DNA of 48,857 nucleotides, from sequence record SRR20825010_1258; one strand, 5' to 3'. The notes beneath the pieces were generated by a model, which did not search any database, was not told the origin of the DNA, and saw only the letters and a program-made list of their open reading frames with translations. Position 1 is the first letter of the stretch. Every line of letters begins with the position of its first letter. The translations under genes and the position numbers were made by a program. Positions 18,519-28,530 of this stretch are shown here, piece by piece.

Positions 18519-18706
18519 CAATGCCAGGCGGGTTTCGGTATGTTTGGGACGCGTCAGAAATGTACTGTTAGATTGGTTAACAGGCTTGCACATTCAGGAG
18601 CACTGCGGAAGTGATTGCCGGGCTATCTGATTGATTTGAACTGCAGCTAGGAGCGTCCCGTTGATAGTGATAGTTTGAGCACAACATCTAGCCTAGGTGA
18701 GGTGCA

Positions 18707-19366
18707 ATGCCTGGATTCACGGTGAAACGTATTTTTGACATTATTTTTTCGGGAATCGGGCTAATCGTTTTGTCTCCGGTGATGTTTTTCCTTGGCTTGC
18801 TCATCCTTTGCACATTGGGAAGGCCCGTGTTCTTCGTCCAACCCCGCATCGGATGGAAATCCCAAACTTTCTATTTGTTGAAATTTCGAACCATGCGACA
18901 CGCGGATAGCGCTGAGCCGAACTCTGACGCTGACAGATTGACGTCGCTTGGGCGCTTCTTGAGACGGAGCAGTATGGATGAGCTACCGGAGCTTTGGAAT
19001 GTTTTGCGCGGAGAAATGAGTTTGGTCGGTCCGCGCCCGCTGTTGGCTGAGTACCTGCCTTACTATACACCGCAACAGGCGCGTCGACATGATGTGCGTC
19101 CGGGATTGACTGGCTGGGCGCAGGTGAACGGACGAAATGCGACAAGCTGGCAGGAGCGATATCGTCTTGATAATGAGTATATTGATCGACAAGGCCTGTC
19201 TTTCGATCTCTATATTATTTTGCTGACTGTTTTGCGGGTGTTTGATGGCCGGGGAGTGCAGAACTCTAAAGGGGTGTCAATGCCTCGATTTGATGACGAG
19301 GTCTTAGCTGGGCGAACTGAGGGGCGTGTTGACCAGAGATCCGATAATCAAGTGACAGAGGGCTGA
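18707..19366 (+). CDS. pglC: monotopic undecaprenyl-phosphate phosphoglycosyl transferase, PglC-like
   Basis: KRIFD, KFRTM, SMDELPELWNVLRGEMSLVGPRP, RPGLTGWAQVNGRN. Confidence 0.88.
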   Translation: MPGFTVKRIFDIIFSGIGLIVLSPVMFFLGLLILCTLGRPVFFVQPRIGWKSQTFYLLKFRTMRHADSAEPNSDADRLTSLGRFLRRSSMDELPELWNVLRGEMSLVGPRPLLAEYLPYYTPQQARRHDVRPGLTGWAQVNGRNATSWQERYRLDNEYIDRQGLSFDLYIILLTVLRVFDGRGVQNSKGVSMPRFDDEVLAGRTEGRVDQRSDNQVTEG

Positions 19367-19368
19367 CG

Positions 19369-19971
19369 ATGGGTCGACGAAATATTTGTATTCTTGGCGC
19401 TGGAGGGCATGCAAAAGTTGTAATCGCTACTGCGGAAAGCGCTGGTTGGAATATCGTCTCTGTCTATGATGATAATGAAGAGAAGAAGGGCAAAAGTGTC
19501 TTTGAACATTCTGTCGTAGGGTCGCTGTCCAACGCCCTAGGCATGGCTCATATCGCTATTGGAGATAATAGACAGCGAAAGAACATCGTGGGTCGTTTAT
19601 CACTAGAATGGAAATCGCTGGTCCATGTTGGTGCACAGGTTCATGCCAGTGTGAAAGTCGGTCAGGGTAGCCTTATCTGTGCGGGTGCAATTGTCCAGCC
19701 AGGTGCGATTATCGGTGAGCAGGTGATTATCAACACCGGTGCGGTTGTGGAACATGATTGCATTGTTGGAGACTTTTCTCATATCGCACCACGCGCCTGT
19801 ATCGCTGGCAATGCTTCTATCGGTGATGGTGCTTTAATTGGCGTAGGAGCAATTGTGATGCCGCAGATTTCCCTTGGCGCCTGGTGTGTAGTAGGGGCAG
19901 GCTCTGTTGTGACGAAGAATTTGGGCAATGAAGTTAAAGTAGCGGGCATTCCTGCAAAGGTGATGCGGTGA
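19369..19971 (+). CDS. pglD: PglD/NeuD-family sugar acetyltransferase
   Basis: GAGGHAKV, AIGDN..R, VEHDC, hexapeptide repeats, GIPAK. Confidence 0.82.
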   Translation: MGRRNICILGAGGHAKVVIATAESAGWNIVSVYDDNEEKKGKSVFEHSVVGSLSNALGMAHIAIGDNRQRKNIVGRLSLEWKSLVHVGAQVHASVKVGQGSLICAGAIVQPGAIIGEQVIINTGAVVEHDCIVGDFSHIAPRACIAGNASIGDGALIGVGAIVMPQISLGAWCVVGAGSVVTKNLGNEVKVAGIPAKVMR

Positions 19972-21128
19972 GCTATCAAGACAAGCGCTTGTTTTTGTCA
20001 CCACCTCATATGTCTGGAGCCGAAAAAGATTTTGTTGACGAGGTCTTCGCGACAAATTTTATTGCGCCTGCCGGACCTATGATAGAGCGGTTTGAGAAAG
20101 ATTTTTGTCAACTTACCGGCATCACGCATGCCTGTGCACTTAGCAGTGGCACTGCCGCCATCCATTTAGCTCTCCGTGTGCTGGGGGTGGGGAAGGGCGA
20201 TGAAGTATGGATGCCTTCGCTTACATTTATTGGCGGCGTTTCACCCGTTTCCTATCTCGGTGCGTCTCCTGTATTTTTTGACTCTGCAGTGGATAATTGG
20301 GGGCTGGACTTAGAGCTTCTCGAAGTAGAGTTGGAAAAAGCTAGGCAAAATGGGAACTTGCCAGCCGCGTTGATTACGGTTGATCTCTACGGACAGCCGG
20401 TTGATCAAGACAGGATAAGTGACCTTTGCGCTTCCTATGGCGTGCCCATTATTTCAGATTCTGCGGAGGCAATGGGGACAACTTACAAAAATAGGCACTC
20501 CGGAAAAGGCGCTCGAGTGTCCGTTTTTTCCTTCAACGGTAACAAAATCATTACAACCGGCGGTGGCGGGATGATCGCCAGTGATGACAAAATGTTGATT
20601 GATGAAGCGCGGTTTTTGTCGCAACAAGCTCGTGAGCCGATGCCTTATTATGAGCACCAAACTATAGGCTACAATTATCGCATGAGCGCCCTAAATGCCG
20701 CTGTAGGTGTAGGGCAGTTGCGAGTTTTGTCCGAGCGAGTAAATCGCCGAGGAGAAATTTTTCAAAGCTACAAGAGCGCACTATCAACTCTACCCGGTGT
20801 TTCATTTTTGCCAGAGCCGTCATTTGGTCGAAGCAATCATTGGCTGACTGTGATGCTGATTGATAGGCAAATTTCTGGGCTAGCACCAGAGGATGTTCGG
20901 TTAGCTCTTGAGGCGGATAATATCGAGGCGCGGCCTGTCTGGAAGCCGATGCATTTACAGCCAGTGTTCCATGACACACGAATGCACGGTGGACGAGTGG
21001 CTGAGCAACGGTTTGCAACAGGTCTGTGTTTGCCCTCGGGGTCCCAGATGACAACAGACGACCAGAGCCGAGTTATCGCCTGCATCAAAGCGCTTTGGGC
21101 TATGCGATCTAGTCAAAATCACACCTAA
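19968..21128 (+). CDS. pglE: DegT/DnrJ/EryC1/StrS sugar aminotransferase, PglE-like
   Basis: FLSPPHM, SSGTAAIHLAL, DSAEA, SFNGNKIITTGGGG, GYNYRM, RPVWKPMHLQP, CLPSG. Confidence 0.88.
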   Translation: MSYQDKRLFLSPPHMSGAEKDFVDEVFATNFIAPAGPMIERFEKDFCQLTGITHACALSSGTAAIHLALRVLGVGKGDEVWMPSLTFIGGVSPVSYLGASPVFFDSAVDNWGLDLELLEVELEKARQNGNLPAALITVDLYGQPVDQDRISDLCASYGVPIISDSAEAMGTTYKNRHSGKGARVSVFSFNGNKIITTGGGGMIASDDKMLIDEARFLSQQAREPMPYYEHQTIGYNYRMSALNAAVGVGQLRVLSERVNRRGEIFQSYKSALSTLPGVSFLPEPSFGRSNHWLTVMLIDRQISGLAPEDVRLALEADNIEARPVWKPMHLQPVFHDTRMHGGRVAEQRFATGLCLPSGSQMTTDDQSRVIACIKALWAMRSSQNHT

Positions 21129-21187
21129 ATGTAGAGTGCCGGTCTAAGTTATCCATTCTGTTCCCGAGAAAGTAGAGAAGGTAAAGT

Positions 21188-22612
21188 ATGGCGACTCGTC
21201 GTATCGGGTTGAGGATGATATCGAGCAAAAAGTGGCGAGGCGGTATCAATTATATAATCAATCTGACTAAAGCGCTGCAAAGTCTGCCGGTGGGAGAGCG
21301 TCCGGAAGTAGTGTTGCTGACTTACGATGATGCGGGCGTTGAACTTGCGGCCGGATTGGCTTCATTCGTCAGCGAGATACGTCCTTTGTCTCAAGCAGCT
21401 TCATTGAACCTTGATATGGTTTACCCCGTGACCCAGCTATTTGAAGCGCCAGTTGATGCGCCTTGGGCTGCGTGGATTCCGGACTGGCAATGCCAGTATT
21501 TGCCCAGCATGTTTGATGATCTGGAGCTGAGACGACGCGAACTTCATTTTCGATATTTGGCCACTCGTGCGCCCCTGCTTGTTCATTCTAGCCGAATGGC
21601 AGCAAATGATAGCGCTAGTCAGTTCGGTGAAGATTTGGTCCCCAATGAACTCCTAAGCTTTCCATCTGTCGTGGAAGCCACTGAAGTAGCGCGTGGAAGG
21701 GACCGCCTACCTGATCTCTGCCGTCATCTTGATTTGCCAAGTAAATATTTCTTAGTGGCAAACCAGTGGTGGCGTCACAAAAATCATCGAATTCTGATAG
21801 AGGCACTTAAATGTGCCGAACGGAGCGATATTACAATCGTTTGCACAGGCGACACGATCGATCATCGATCACCCGACTATATAGAAGGCCTGTTTGCCGA
21901 ATTAGAGGCGGCGGGGCTTAAAAGGCAAGTACGCGTTCTGGGCAGCATGGATAGAGAAGACCAAGTGGCGCTTATGCTTGGAGCGATTGCAATTATTCAA
22001 CCGAGTAAATTCGAGGGTTGGAGTACGGTTGTCGAGGAAGCGCGCAGTCTCGGAAAAAATATTTTGCTTTCGGAATTTCCTGTTCATCGGGATCAAAACC
22101 CACCTCGGGCAAAGTTCTTTAACCCAGACGACGCCCCTGCGTTAGCGAGATTGATGGTCGAAATGATCGATAGCGAGATATCGCAGGATATTATTCCAGA
22201 TACGGAAGAATATTTGCAGTTCTGTGCCCGCCAGCTCGTTCATATTTCAGATAGGGTTCGAGCTGTTTACAAGCCGAGAGTCCACAATTCGATTCAATTG
22301 ATTGCTGACGCGTTCTCGGAACTTGCATCCAATTGCGATGGTGATCTAGATAAAATAGTGTTGGAGAGATTTTCCGCCGGCGCACGTGGTTACGTAAAAG
22401 CTAATCCAGGCTCGATTGAAAGATTTGCGGAGGTGATTTTACGTGATCACCCGACAGTGCAGGGCGAATTTCTGAAACAAATTCTTCAGCCTCTGGGCCA
22501 TTCGCTCGGTTCGGTAAGAAATCCAACTGGCTTGCTCGCTAAGGCTTCATATACGAAATTGCTTATCTACAGGATTAAGGGGGTTATTTCGCGTATTCTC
22601 AGAGGCCTTTAA
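21188..22612 (+). CDS. GT4-family glycosyltransferase
   Basis: GGINY, WIPDWQ, NQWWRHKNH, PSKFEGWSTVVEEA (EX7E). Confidence 0.88.
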   Translation: MATRRIGLRMISSKKWRGGINYIINLTKALQSLPVGERPEVVLLTYDDAGVELAAGLASFVSEIRPLSQAASLNLDMVYPVTQLFEAPVDAPWAAWIPDWQCQYLPSMFDDLELRRRELHFRYLATRAPLLVHSSRMAANDSASQFGEDLVPNELLSFPSVVEATEVARGRDRLPDLCRHLDLPSKYFLVANQWWRHKNHRILIEALKCAERSDITIVCTGDTIDHRSPDYIEGLFAELEAAGLKRQVRVLGSMDREDQVALMLGAIAIIQPSKFEGWSTVVEEARSLGKNILLSEFPVHRDQNPPRAKFFNPDDAPALARLMVEMIDSEISQDIIPDTEEYLQFCARQLVHISDRVRAVYKPRVHNSIQLIADAFSELASNCDGDLDKIVLERFSAGARGYVKANPGSIERFAEVILRDHPTVQGEFLKQILQPLGHSLGSVRNPTGLLAKASYTKLLIYRIKGVISRILRGL

Positions 22613-23384
22613 AAGGATCTTTCGCGTTGTAGCTATTGGAGTTGAAGACGGGGTGGTCATCGCGAATAAAGAAAAGATGCACTTGCCAAAGAACGTGATC
22701 ATTTGGGCGGAAGAGTGGTTCGCACATGTCGACACAACGTAGTCCAAGCTTTGCCATATATTCGCACATTTCATAAAACGTGAGATTTTTGTGGTCCACA
22801 AAATTGAGCTTAAAATTATAGGCCTCGACCATGATGAGGGAGGTATTTTTCAGCGTCTCTTTTGCGCCGGCCAAGATATCCAGTTCGACACCATGTGTGT
22901 CGAACTTCATAAAGTAGGGGCCTTTGCGCCCCCGTTCTGCCATGATGCTGTCGACAGACCGCGCCGGTATCGTGATTGTTCCGTCACCGGCATGGTTGCC
23001 GATCGCGCCGCCAGTGGCGCTTGATGAAGAAAAATGCACTTCTCCATCCTGCTCTGCAGCAGCACATATTACATAGTCTGTGTGCTTTTTTAAGCTTTTG
23101 AGCTTCTCAAGATTTTTGCGATGTAATTCTTGCGCTTCTATCATCAGCAAGTGTGCATCGGGGCACAGCGCATCATGAATCCAAATTGAATCGCTGCCTG
23201 AACCCGCACCGAGTGAAATGAAGTCGTCAATCTCAATGCGATGATGCTTTAAGCGAGCGGCTGCGGCACCAAGTGAAACATTAGATGCCAAAAAAGCAGA
23301 GTCGCCGGATTGAATCTTCTTCTGCGTTTCGTTCAGAGTTGAAGCAGCGGAAAATAGGGACTTCATTTTCTGGTAAACGCGCAT
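22599..23384 (-). CDS. FkbM-family methyltransferase
   Basis: SLGAGSG, IEAQ, MKFDTHGVELDILAGA, MVE. ATG 23384 follows GAGG (ORF open to 23459). Confidence 0.82.
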   Translation of the reverse strand: MRVYQKMKSLFSAASTLNETQKKIQSGDSAFLASNVSLGAAAARLKHHRIEIDDFISLGAGSGSDSIWIHDALCPDAHLLMIEAQELHRKNLEKLKSLKKHTDYVICAAAEQDGEVHFSSSSATGGAIGNHAGDGTITIPARSVDSIMAERGRKGPYFMKFDTHGVELDILAGAKETLKNTSLIMVEAYNFKLNFVDHKNLTFYEMCEYMAKLGLRCVDMCEPLFRPNDHVLWQVHLFFIRDDHPVFNSNSYNAKDPFKGL

Positions 23385-23531
23385 ACTCGCCTCTGTAGTT
23401 GATATGTTGATCTGAACTTGAGAAACGCAAATACCTGAAAAATTGACCGTCTGGCTCACGGTCGTATCCTCGAAGGATAGCCGATTCTAGCGGTAAAGTG
23501 TTATATCTGAAAGGCAGTGTTGCTCTAACGG

Positions 23532-24350
23532 CTAGAGGGCGGTAAATCCTCCGTCAACGACGATGTTGGCGCCAGTCACATAGTTAGAAGCTGATGAAAT
23601 AAGATAGACAATGGTTCCGTTGAAGTCTTCCTCGTTCGCCATGCGTCCCATTGGTACCTTTGGAAGGTAACCTGCGAGAAATTCATTATCCTGATTGTTA
23701 AAAACTCCGGCAAACGTAACTGTATTAACTCTTACGTTCTTCTTACCCCAATAGGTAGCCAGATAGCGGGTCAGGTTGAAGATCGCTGATTTGGATGCAG
23801 AGTATGCCACGGGTTTATAAAATTCTTCGCCCCGATCTCGTCGATACTGATAGATATTTTGATCAGGCGCTACGACACCATAAATGGATGAAACATTGAT
23901 AATAGAACCGCCGCGCGCTGATGCCATTGCGCCGCCAATTACCTGACAGGCAAGCATCGTGCCTTTGACGTTGACCTCCATGACCCGATCCCATGAGTTT
24001 TCAGGATAGGACTCGAATGGGCCATTTTCCTCTGGTGGGCTATTGGGAGGTGAATCTAGTGCAGCGTTGTTGATGAGGCCTGTTGGTGTTCCCCACCGGG
24101 ATTTTATTCGCTCAACCGCGTTCTCTATTTCCGTCCGCTTTGTAATGTCGCAGGCAATAAAGTCGACTGCTTCGCGATTCCAATTGTTGCCATATCGCCT
24201 TTCAATATCAGCCGATTTGTCGGAGATATCGAGAACGGCAACGCGTGCTCCATGAGAGACCAAAGCATTTGTGAATTGATGACCTAACTGTCCTAAGCCT
24301 CCTGTAACGATGCATATACGTCCTTCAAGGTCAAAGAGTGAGCTTTGCAT
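23532..24350 (-). CDS. classical SDR oxidoreductase (resembles PtmA-type enzymes of glycan loci)
   Basis: TGGLGQLG, NNAA, SSIYG, YSASK, VRVN, VDGG. Directly downstream of neuB. Confidence 0.88.
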   Translation of the reverse strand: MQSSLFDLEGRICIVTGGLGQLGHQFTNALVSHGARVAVLDISDKSADIERRYGNNWNREAVDFIACDITKRTEIENAVERIKSRWGTPTGLINNAALDSPPNSPPEENGPFESYPENSWDRVMEVNVKGTMLACQVIGGAMASARGGSIINVSSIYGVVAPDQNIYQYRRDRGEEFYKPVAYSASKSAIFNLTRYLATYWGKKNVRVNTVTFAGVFNNQDNEFLAGYLPKVPMGRMANEEDFNGTIVYLISSASNYVTGANIVVDGGFTAL

Positions 24351-24392
24351 GATTGTTCCGTTTAAGCGGGCGCGACAGGTGCAGAAGCTCTG

Positions 24393-25457
24393 CTAAGATT
24401 GGGTTTCGCCGATTGTTGCGTATGTCAGGCTCTCATCTTCAGCAAGCGATACAACGAGTTTCTTTCCGATGAAATCCTCTACAAGATAGGGAGGTAAACC
24501 GTTGTTGGGAGATTTGAATGTGAGGTCGTCTTCCTGCAACACATGTCCCGCTGAAAGATTTCGCGCCGCAACAATTTTCTTACCCATTTTGAATAGTGGA
24601 GCCTTCTCGGATTCAAATTGGCGCTTCACGCCATCTCCAAGCGAAATTTTTGTTCTCTGGAGATCGCGAACAACTCTGCGTAATCCAGCTGGCTCCAACG
24701 AAAACGCTTGGTCTGTACCTTTCCAAGTACGGTTGAGCGTAAAGTGTTTTTCGAAAATGCGAGCGCCTAGCATATAGCCGACAAGTGGCATTGCAATTCC
24801 GCTGTCATGAGAAGAGAAGCCGATTACAATATCTGGAAACGCTTTGTAGTAGGTCTCGATGACACGAAGATTTAGCTCTTCATGCGCAGGCGGATAGCCG
24901 GATGTGCATTGCATGATACAGAGATTGGAATTGATCGGCATTATCGTATCGTAGGCACGTTGGGCTTGTTCCATCGTCGCTCCGCCCGTGGAAACGATCA
25001 TAGGCTTACCAAGTGAGGCAACTTTTTTGAGAAGTGGCGTGTTGTTGATATCGCCGGATGCGATCTTGTAGGCGGGCATATCGATATCTTGGAGAAAATC
25101 GGCGGAAGGGAAGTCGAACGCTGTTGAGAAGAAAAATATGCCGAGTTCTTGAGCGTATGATTTCAGCTCCAGATATTGACCCCTGTCAAATTCTAGTTTG
25201 TCGCGATGTCCGCCATAAGTCGGTGCATAGGAGTTTTCGCTGTTATAGGGACTGTCATACATCTCCCGTGTAAACAGTGCCCTGTTATCACGTTTCTGCA
25301 GCTTTACTGCGTCGGCACCGGCATCTGCTGCCGCCTTAAACATCTGGCGACATTTTTCCAAGTCGCCCTGATGGTTGTGACCGATTTCCGCGATGACATA
25401 GGCGTCACCGCCATCCCGCTGGATTGTCTTGTTCCCGATTTGGAAGCCAATAGTCAT
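24393..25457 (-). CDS. neuB: NeuB-family PEP-dependent nonulosonate/ulosonate synthase with C-terminal AFP/SAF domain
   Basis: IAEIGHNHQG, AVKLQKR, KIASGD, STGG, QCTSGYP, EKHFT, DQAFSL, C-terminal antifreeze-like domain. Confidence 0.92.
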   Translation of the reverse strand: MTIGFQIGNKTIQRDGGDAYVIAEIGHNHQGDLEKCRQMFKAAADAGADAVKLQKRDNRALFTREMYDSPYNSENSYAPTYGGHRDKLEFDRGQYLELKSYAQELGIFFFSTAFDFPSADFLQDIDMPAYKIASGDINNTPLLKKVASLGKPMIVSTGGATMEQAQRAYDTIMPINSNLCIMQCTSGYPPAHEELNLRVIETYYKAFPDIVIGFSSHDSGIAMPLVGYMLGARIFEKHFTLNRTWKGTDQAFSLEPAGLRRVVRDLQRTKISLGDGVKRQFESEKAPLFKMGKKIVAARNLSAGHVLQEDDLTFKSPNNGLPPYLVEDFIGKKLVVSLAEDESLTYATIGETQS

Positions 25458-25608
25458 ACGTGATTCTTTCGCTCTCGGCTCGAGGCTATCAACAAAGTAG
25501 CTGCACTATATCCCTTATATTAACTTCGTTTTCGTGGGAAGTTTCAATAAGCTCGGTGAGGCAGAGAGTGAGCGATCTAATTGATTGGAACGAGCAGGAG
25601 TGGTAACA

Positions 25609-26457
25609 GTGAGCTTTGGACAGAATATTAAAGTGACGAAAAATCCGAATGCTCGTCTGGAGCCCGGTGAGAAGATTCGTACGCCAGTTTATACAGAAAA
25701 AGCACCCCGAAATCCGGACGTCACATTCTCTGCAAATGCCGGTGAGACGGAGTGGTACCCACCATTAATGGTAGCTGCCGACTATATGTCACGTCAGATT
25801 GTCAGTGAAACGCGTCTTGCTGAAGCGATCTCATTAATGGATCGGATCGAACCTGATGACTACACGAATTATTTGAACGGCTTCTATCGTGCTGGACTTA
25901 ACCGTTTCGGTAGGGTCTGGCCTTATGCGGATATTGTGACAACTCTTTTGGGATTGTCCGAGGTCCTCAAGCCCGAAAACTATCTCGAAATTGGGGTTCG
26001 ACGAGGGCGTAGCGTTTGCGCTGTGGCAAGTCGTGCGCCGGAAGTAAACCTCTATATGTTCGACATGTGGATCAGTAACTATGCTGGGATGGAAAATCCA
26101 GGTGAGGTGTTTGTCGACTCCGAATTAGAAAAATTTGGTCATTCCGGCAAGCGCCAATATGTGAATGGCAATTCGCACGAAACTGTTGCGCCATTTCTGG
26201 CCGACAATCCGGAGCTATGGTTTGATATTATCACTGTTGATGGAGACCATAGCACTTATGGAGCAATTGATGACCTTTGCGATGTGTTGCCGCGTCTGAA
26301 GGTCGGCGGGGCCGTTGTATTTGATGACATTTGCCACCCGGCTCACCCCGGGCTTCGGGATGTCTGGCAGCGTCTTCTTTGTGACGATGATCGTTTTTCT
26401 TCAGCCAGTTTCAACGAGATCGGATATGGTGTTGGATTTGCTATGCGCAAATGGTAG
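25609..26457 (+). CDS. class I SAM-dependent methyltransferase (Methyltransf_24-like)
   Basis: YLEIGVRRGRS, GNSH, ITVDGDHS, GGAVVFDD. GTG after AGGAG. Confidence 0.85.
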   Translation: MSFGQNIKVTKNPNARLEPGEKIRTPVYTEKAPRNPDVTFSANAGETEWYPPLMVAADYMSRQIVSETRLAEAISLMDRIEPDDYTNYLNGFYRAGLNRFGRVWPYADIVTTLLGLSEVLKPENYLEIGVRRGRSVCAVASRAPEVNLYMFDMWISNYAGMENPGEVFVDSELEKFGHSGKRQYVNGNSHETVAPFLADNPELWFDIITVDGDHSTYGAIDDLCDVLPRLKVGGAVVFDDICHPAHPGLRDVWQRLLCDDDRFSSASFNEIGYGVGFAMRKW

Positions 26458-26625
26458 CGGGGCATTCTTTTGGTGTAGAAGCCGCTAGCTTGCCAAAATG
26501 AAATGTATAGATTCGTGACTAAGTTAAGTTGTTATTGCGTATAGGTGGAGCAGATATTCCTCAATATTTGTTCGTCTTGGGCAGTGTCGATGACTTGATT
26601 TGTTGGCCTGTTTATAAGTCCGGAG

Positions 26626-27498
26626 ATGCGGTACGTGAATAAAGTTGTCAGAAAGCCAAGTGCGCAAAGCGAGATCAAGGCTTCGCTTGCTCGTATAATG
26701 TCTCTGGAAGAAGCAGCGCAGCGCAAGCTTGATGAAATGACGGCCTATTTGAATGGGCTAGCCACAGCAATCAATGCGGTACATGCCATTGTAGGCGCGA
26801 AAGGCACGCCAGCAGGGGGCTTGAACAACAGCCAAATGGATAATGTTCTCGCTAGTGGGAATATTCGCGAAGTTTACCTGACAGATTTATTCCCGGGCAT
26901 AGAGCAAATTTCTGTGCCGATAGGAGCAATTAATGAAGAGAGCGGCCACGCAAATCACGTGGACTTGCTCTATGTCAATGCGATCGCTAGAGCGCAGAAA
27001 GCAAAGCAGATTTTCGAATTTGGAACCTATCTGGGGCGGACGACCTATCATCTTGCCTTGTCTGGCCAGGATGTAAGAGTAGTCAGTCTTAACTTGCCGC
27101 CTGAGGAAGATGAGCGCATTGCGCCGTTTCTCGGGTCCTATTTTAAGGGCACGCAAGTGGAGTCGCAGATTGAACTGGTACTGAAAGATTCCAGAAAATT
27201 TGACACGGCGGCTTATAAAAACTCGTTTGATCTCGTTTTTGTAGACGGTGATCATTCCTATGAACTAATTGTCAATGATACAAAAAAGGCCTTCGAGTTG
27301 CTCAAGCCTGGCGGCACGATCATTTGGCACGACTTTGCCGCCAAGTCTCCTGGGGTTCTGAAATTTTTGGGCGAGTTTTCCGAAGAGACATCTGTGTTTC
27401 GGATCAAGGATACCTGTCTAGTTGTCTTTATTGATGGCGTCGATGTTGGGGCGGCGAAGTTCTCTGCTCGGCGAAAAAGCTTGGTTTCAAAGTCATAG
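26626..27498 (+). CDS. class I SAM-dependent methyltransferase (Methyltransf_24-like) with helical N-terminal extension
   Basis: FEFGTYLG, FVDGDHSY, LKPGGTIIWHD. Confidence 0.85.
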   Translation: MRYVNKVVRKPSAQSEIKASLARIMSLEEAAQRKLDEMTAYLNGLATAINAVHAIVGAKGTPAGGLNNSQMDNVLASGNIREVYLTDLFPGIEQISVPIGAINEESGHANHVDLLYVNAIARAQKAKQIFEFGTYLGRTTYHLALSGQDVRVVSLNLPPEEDERIAPFLGSYFKGTQVESQIELVLKDSRKFDTAAYKNSFDLVFVDGDHSYELIVNDTKKAFELLKPGGTIIWHDFAAKSPGVLKFLGEFSEETSVFRIKDTCLVVFIDGVDVGAAKFSARRKSLVSKS

Positions 27499-27561
27499 AT
27501 CTTAAAAAGAAGCTTGATAAGCGAACCTAGGTTTGTGCTTCCAGATTTGGTGCACTCTGAT

Positions 27562-28530
27562 TTATGCGTTCATATCTATCGGATCAGCTGGAGCGTCGAT
27601 CGCGCGTAATGCGCCGCGAATTTTTTGACGCAGGTAATAGTCTTTTCCGGCGCAGAGAATTGGGTCGGCAAGGCTGATAAAGCGACCGGTGAACATATTG
27701 AGCCAATCACGCATGAGTAAGCCGAAGATAGGTTTGTGGCTGTTGATTGAGTGGCGCGGTAGAACCACATCTTTCACAAGTGCCCATAAACGCTTTTTAA
27801 GTTCGTATGTGCGAGACGATGGTAGCAGGTTCGCGTACTTGTCTTGATAGAGACGAAGGAAACGCTCATGCTTTGCTTTGAGGCGTTTAAATTCCTCGGA
27901 AGTTTCGTCCTGGCTCCAGCATCTATCGTGATAAATCGCAATATCACGCAGATACACAACGTCTAGACCTTGAAGGAGTGTTTTTGCCGTGAGATCTGGA
28001 TCAATGCCGTAATCTTTGAAGACTTCAGAAAATCCACCAATGGCCTGCAGTTCGTTGGTCCTAAGGACGCCCTGATTGACATTCAGAATCCCGAGCGACG
28101 AAATGCCACCGATATAGGGCGCTTTTATGAGTGGGCCAATTCGGTCTTTCACTTTTAATGCAACCATGCCGATTTTTGGTTCGGCTTTGAGAATTTTTAA
28201 AGCGCGATCAAGGCCGCGATTGGCGACGACATTGTCGTCGCTAAGCCAACACGTAAAGGGAGCCTCTATTGTTTGAAAAATATTATTATACGCAAGTGCC
28301 TGACCAACGCGTTCACCCTCGAAAATTGGTCTGACAGTTTCCGACTGGATAGATTGGAGGTACTCAATTGTACCATCAGTCGACCCCGCATCTGACACAT
28401 AGATCACATGCTTGCACTTAGTTTCTCGCTGGATGCTCTCTATACAGTTCTTGAGATGCTCAAGTCTGTTCAAAGTACCCACTACTACCGCGAGTTCGGC
28501 ATTATTCCCGAATTTTGCAATGTCACCCAT
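27562..28530 (-). CDS. GT2-family glycosyltransferase
   Basis: GTLNR, SDAGSTDGT, WLSDDN, GGFSE..YGIDPDL. Confidence 0.88.
   Translation of the reverse strand: MGDIAKFGNNAELAVVVGTLNRLEHLKNCIESIQRETKCKHVIYVSDAGSTDGTIEYLQSIQSETVRPIFEGERVGQALAYNNIFQTIEAPFTCWLSDDNVVANRGLDRALKILKAEPKIGMVALKVKDRIGPLIKAPYIGGISSLGILNVNQGVLRTNELQAIGGFSEVFKDYGIDPDLTAKTLLQGLDVVYLRDIAIYHDRCWSQDETSEEFKRLKAKHERFLRLYQDKYANLLPSSRTYELKKRLWALVKDVVLPRHSINSHKPIFGLLMRDWLNMFTGRFISLADPILCAGKDYYLRQKIRGALRAIDAPADPIDMNA

Noticed and set aside
25520-26538. Additional CtrA sites near neuB (TTAAC at 25520) and before the 26626 methyltransferase (TTAA-N7-TTGC at 26524)
   Set aside because: Half-site only or two mismatches in AT-rich DNA; not distinguishable from chance.
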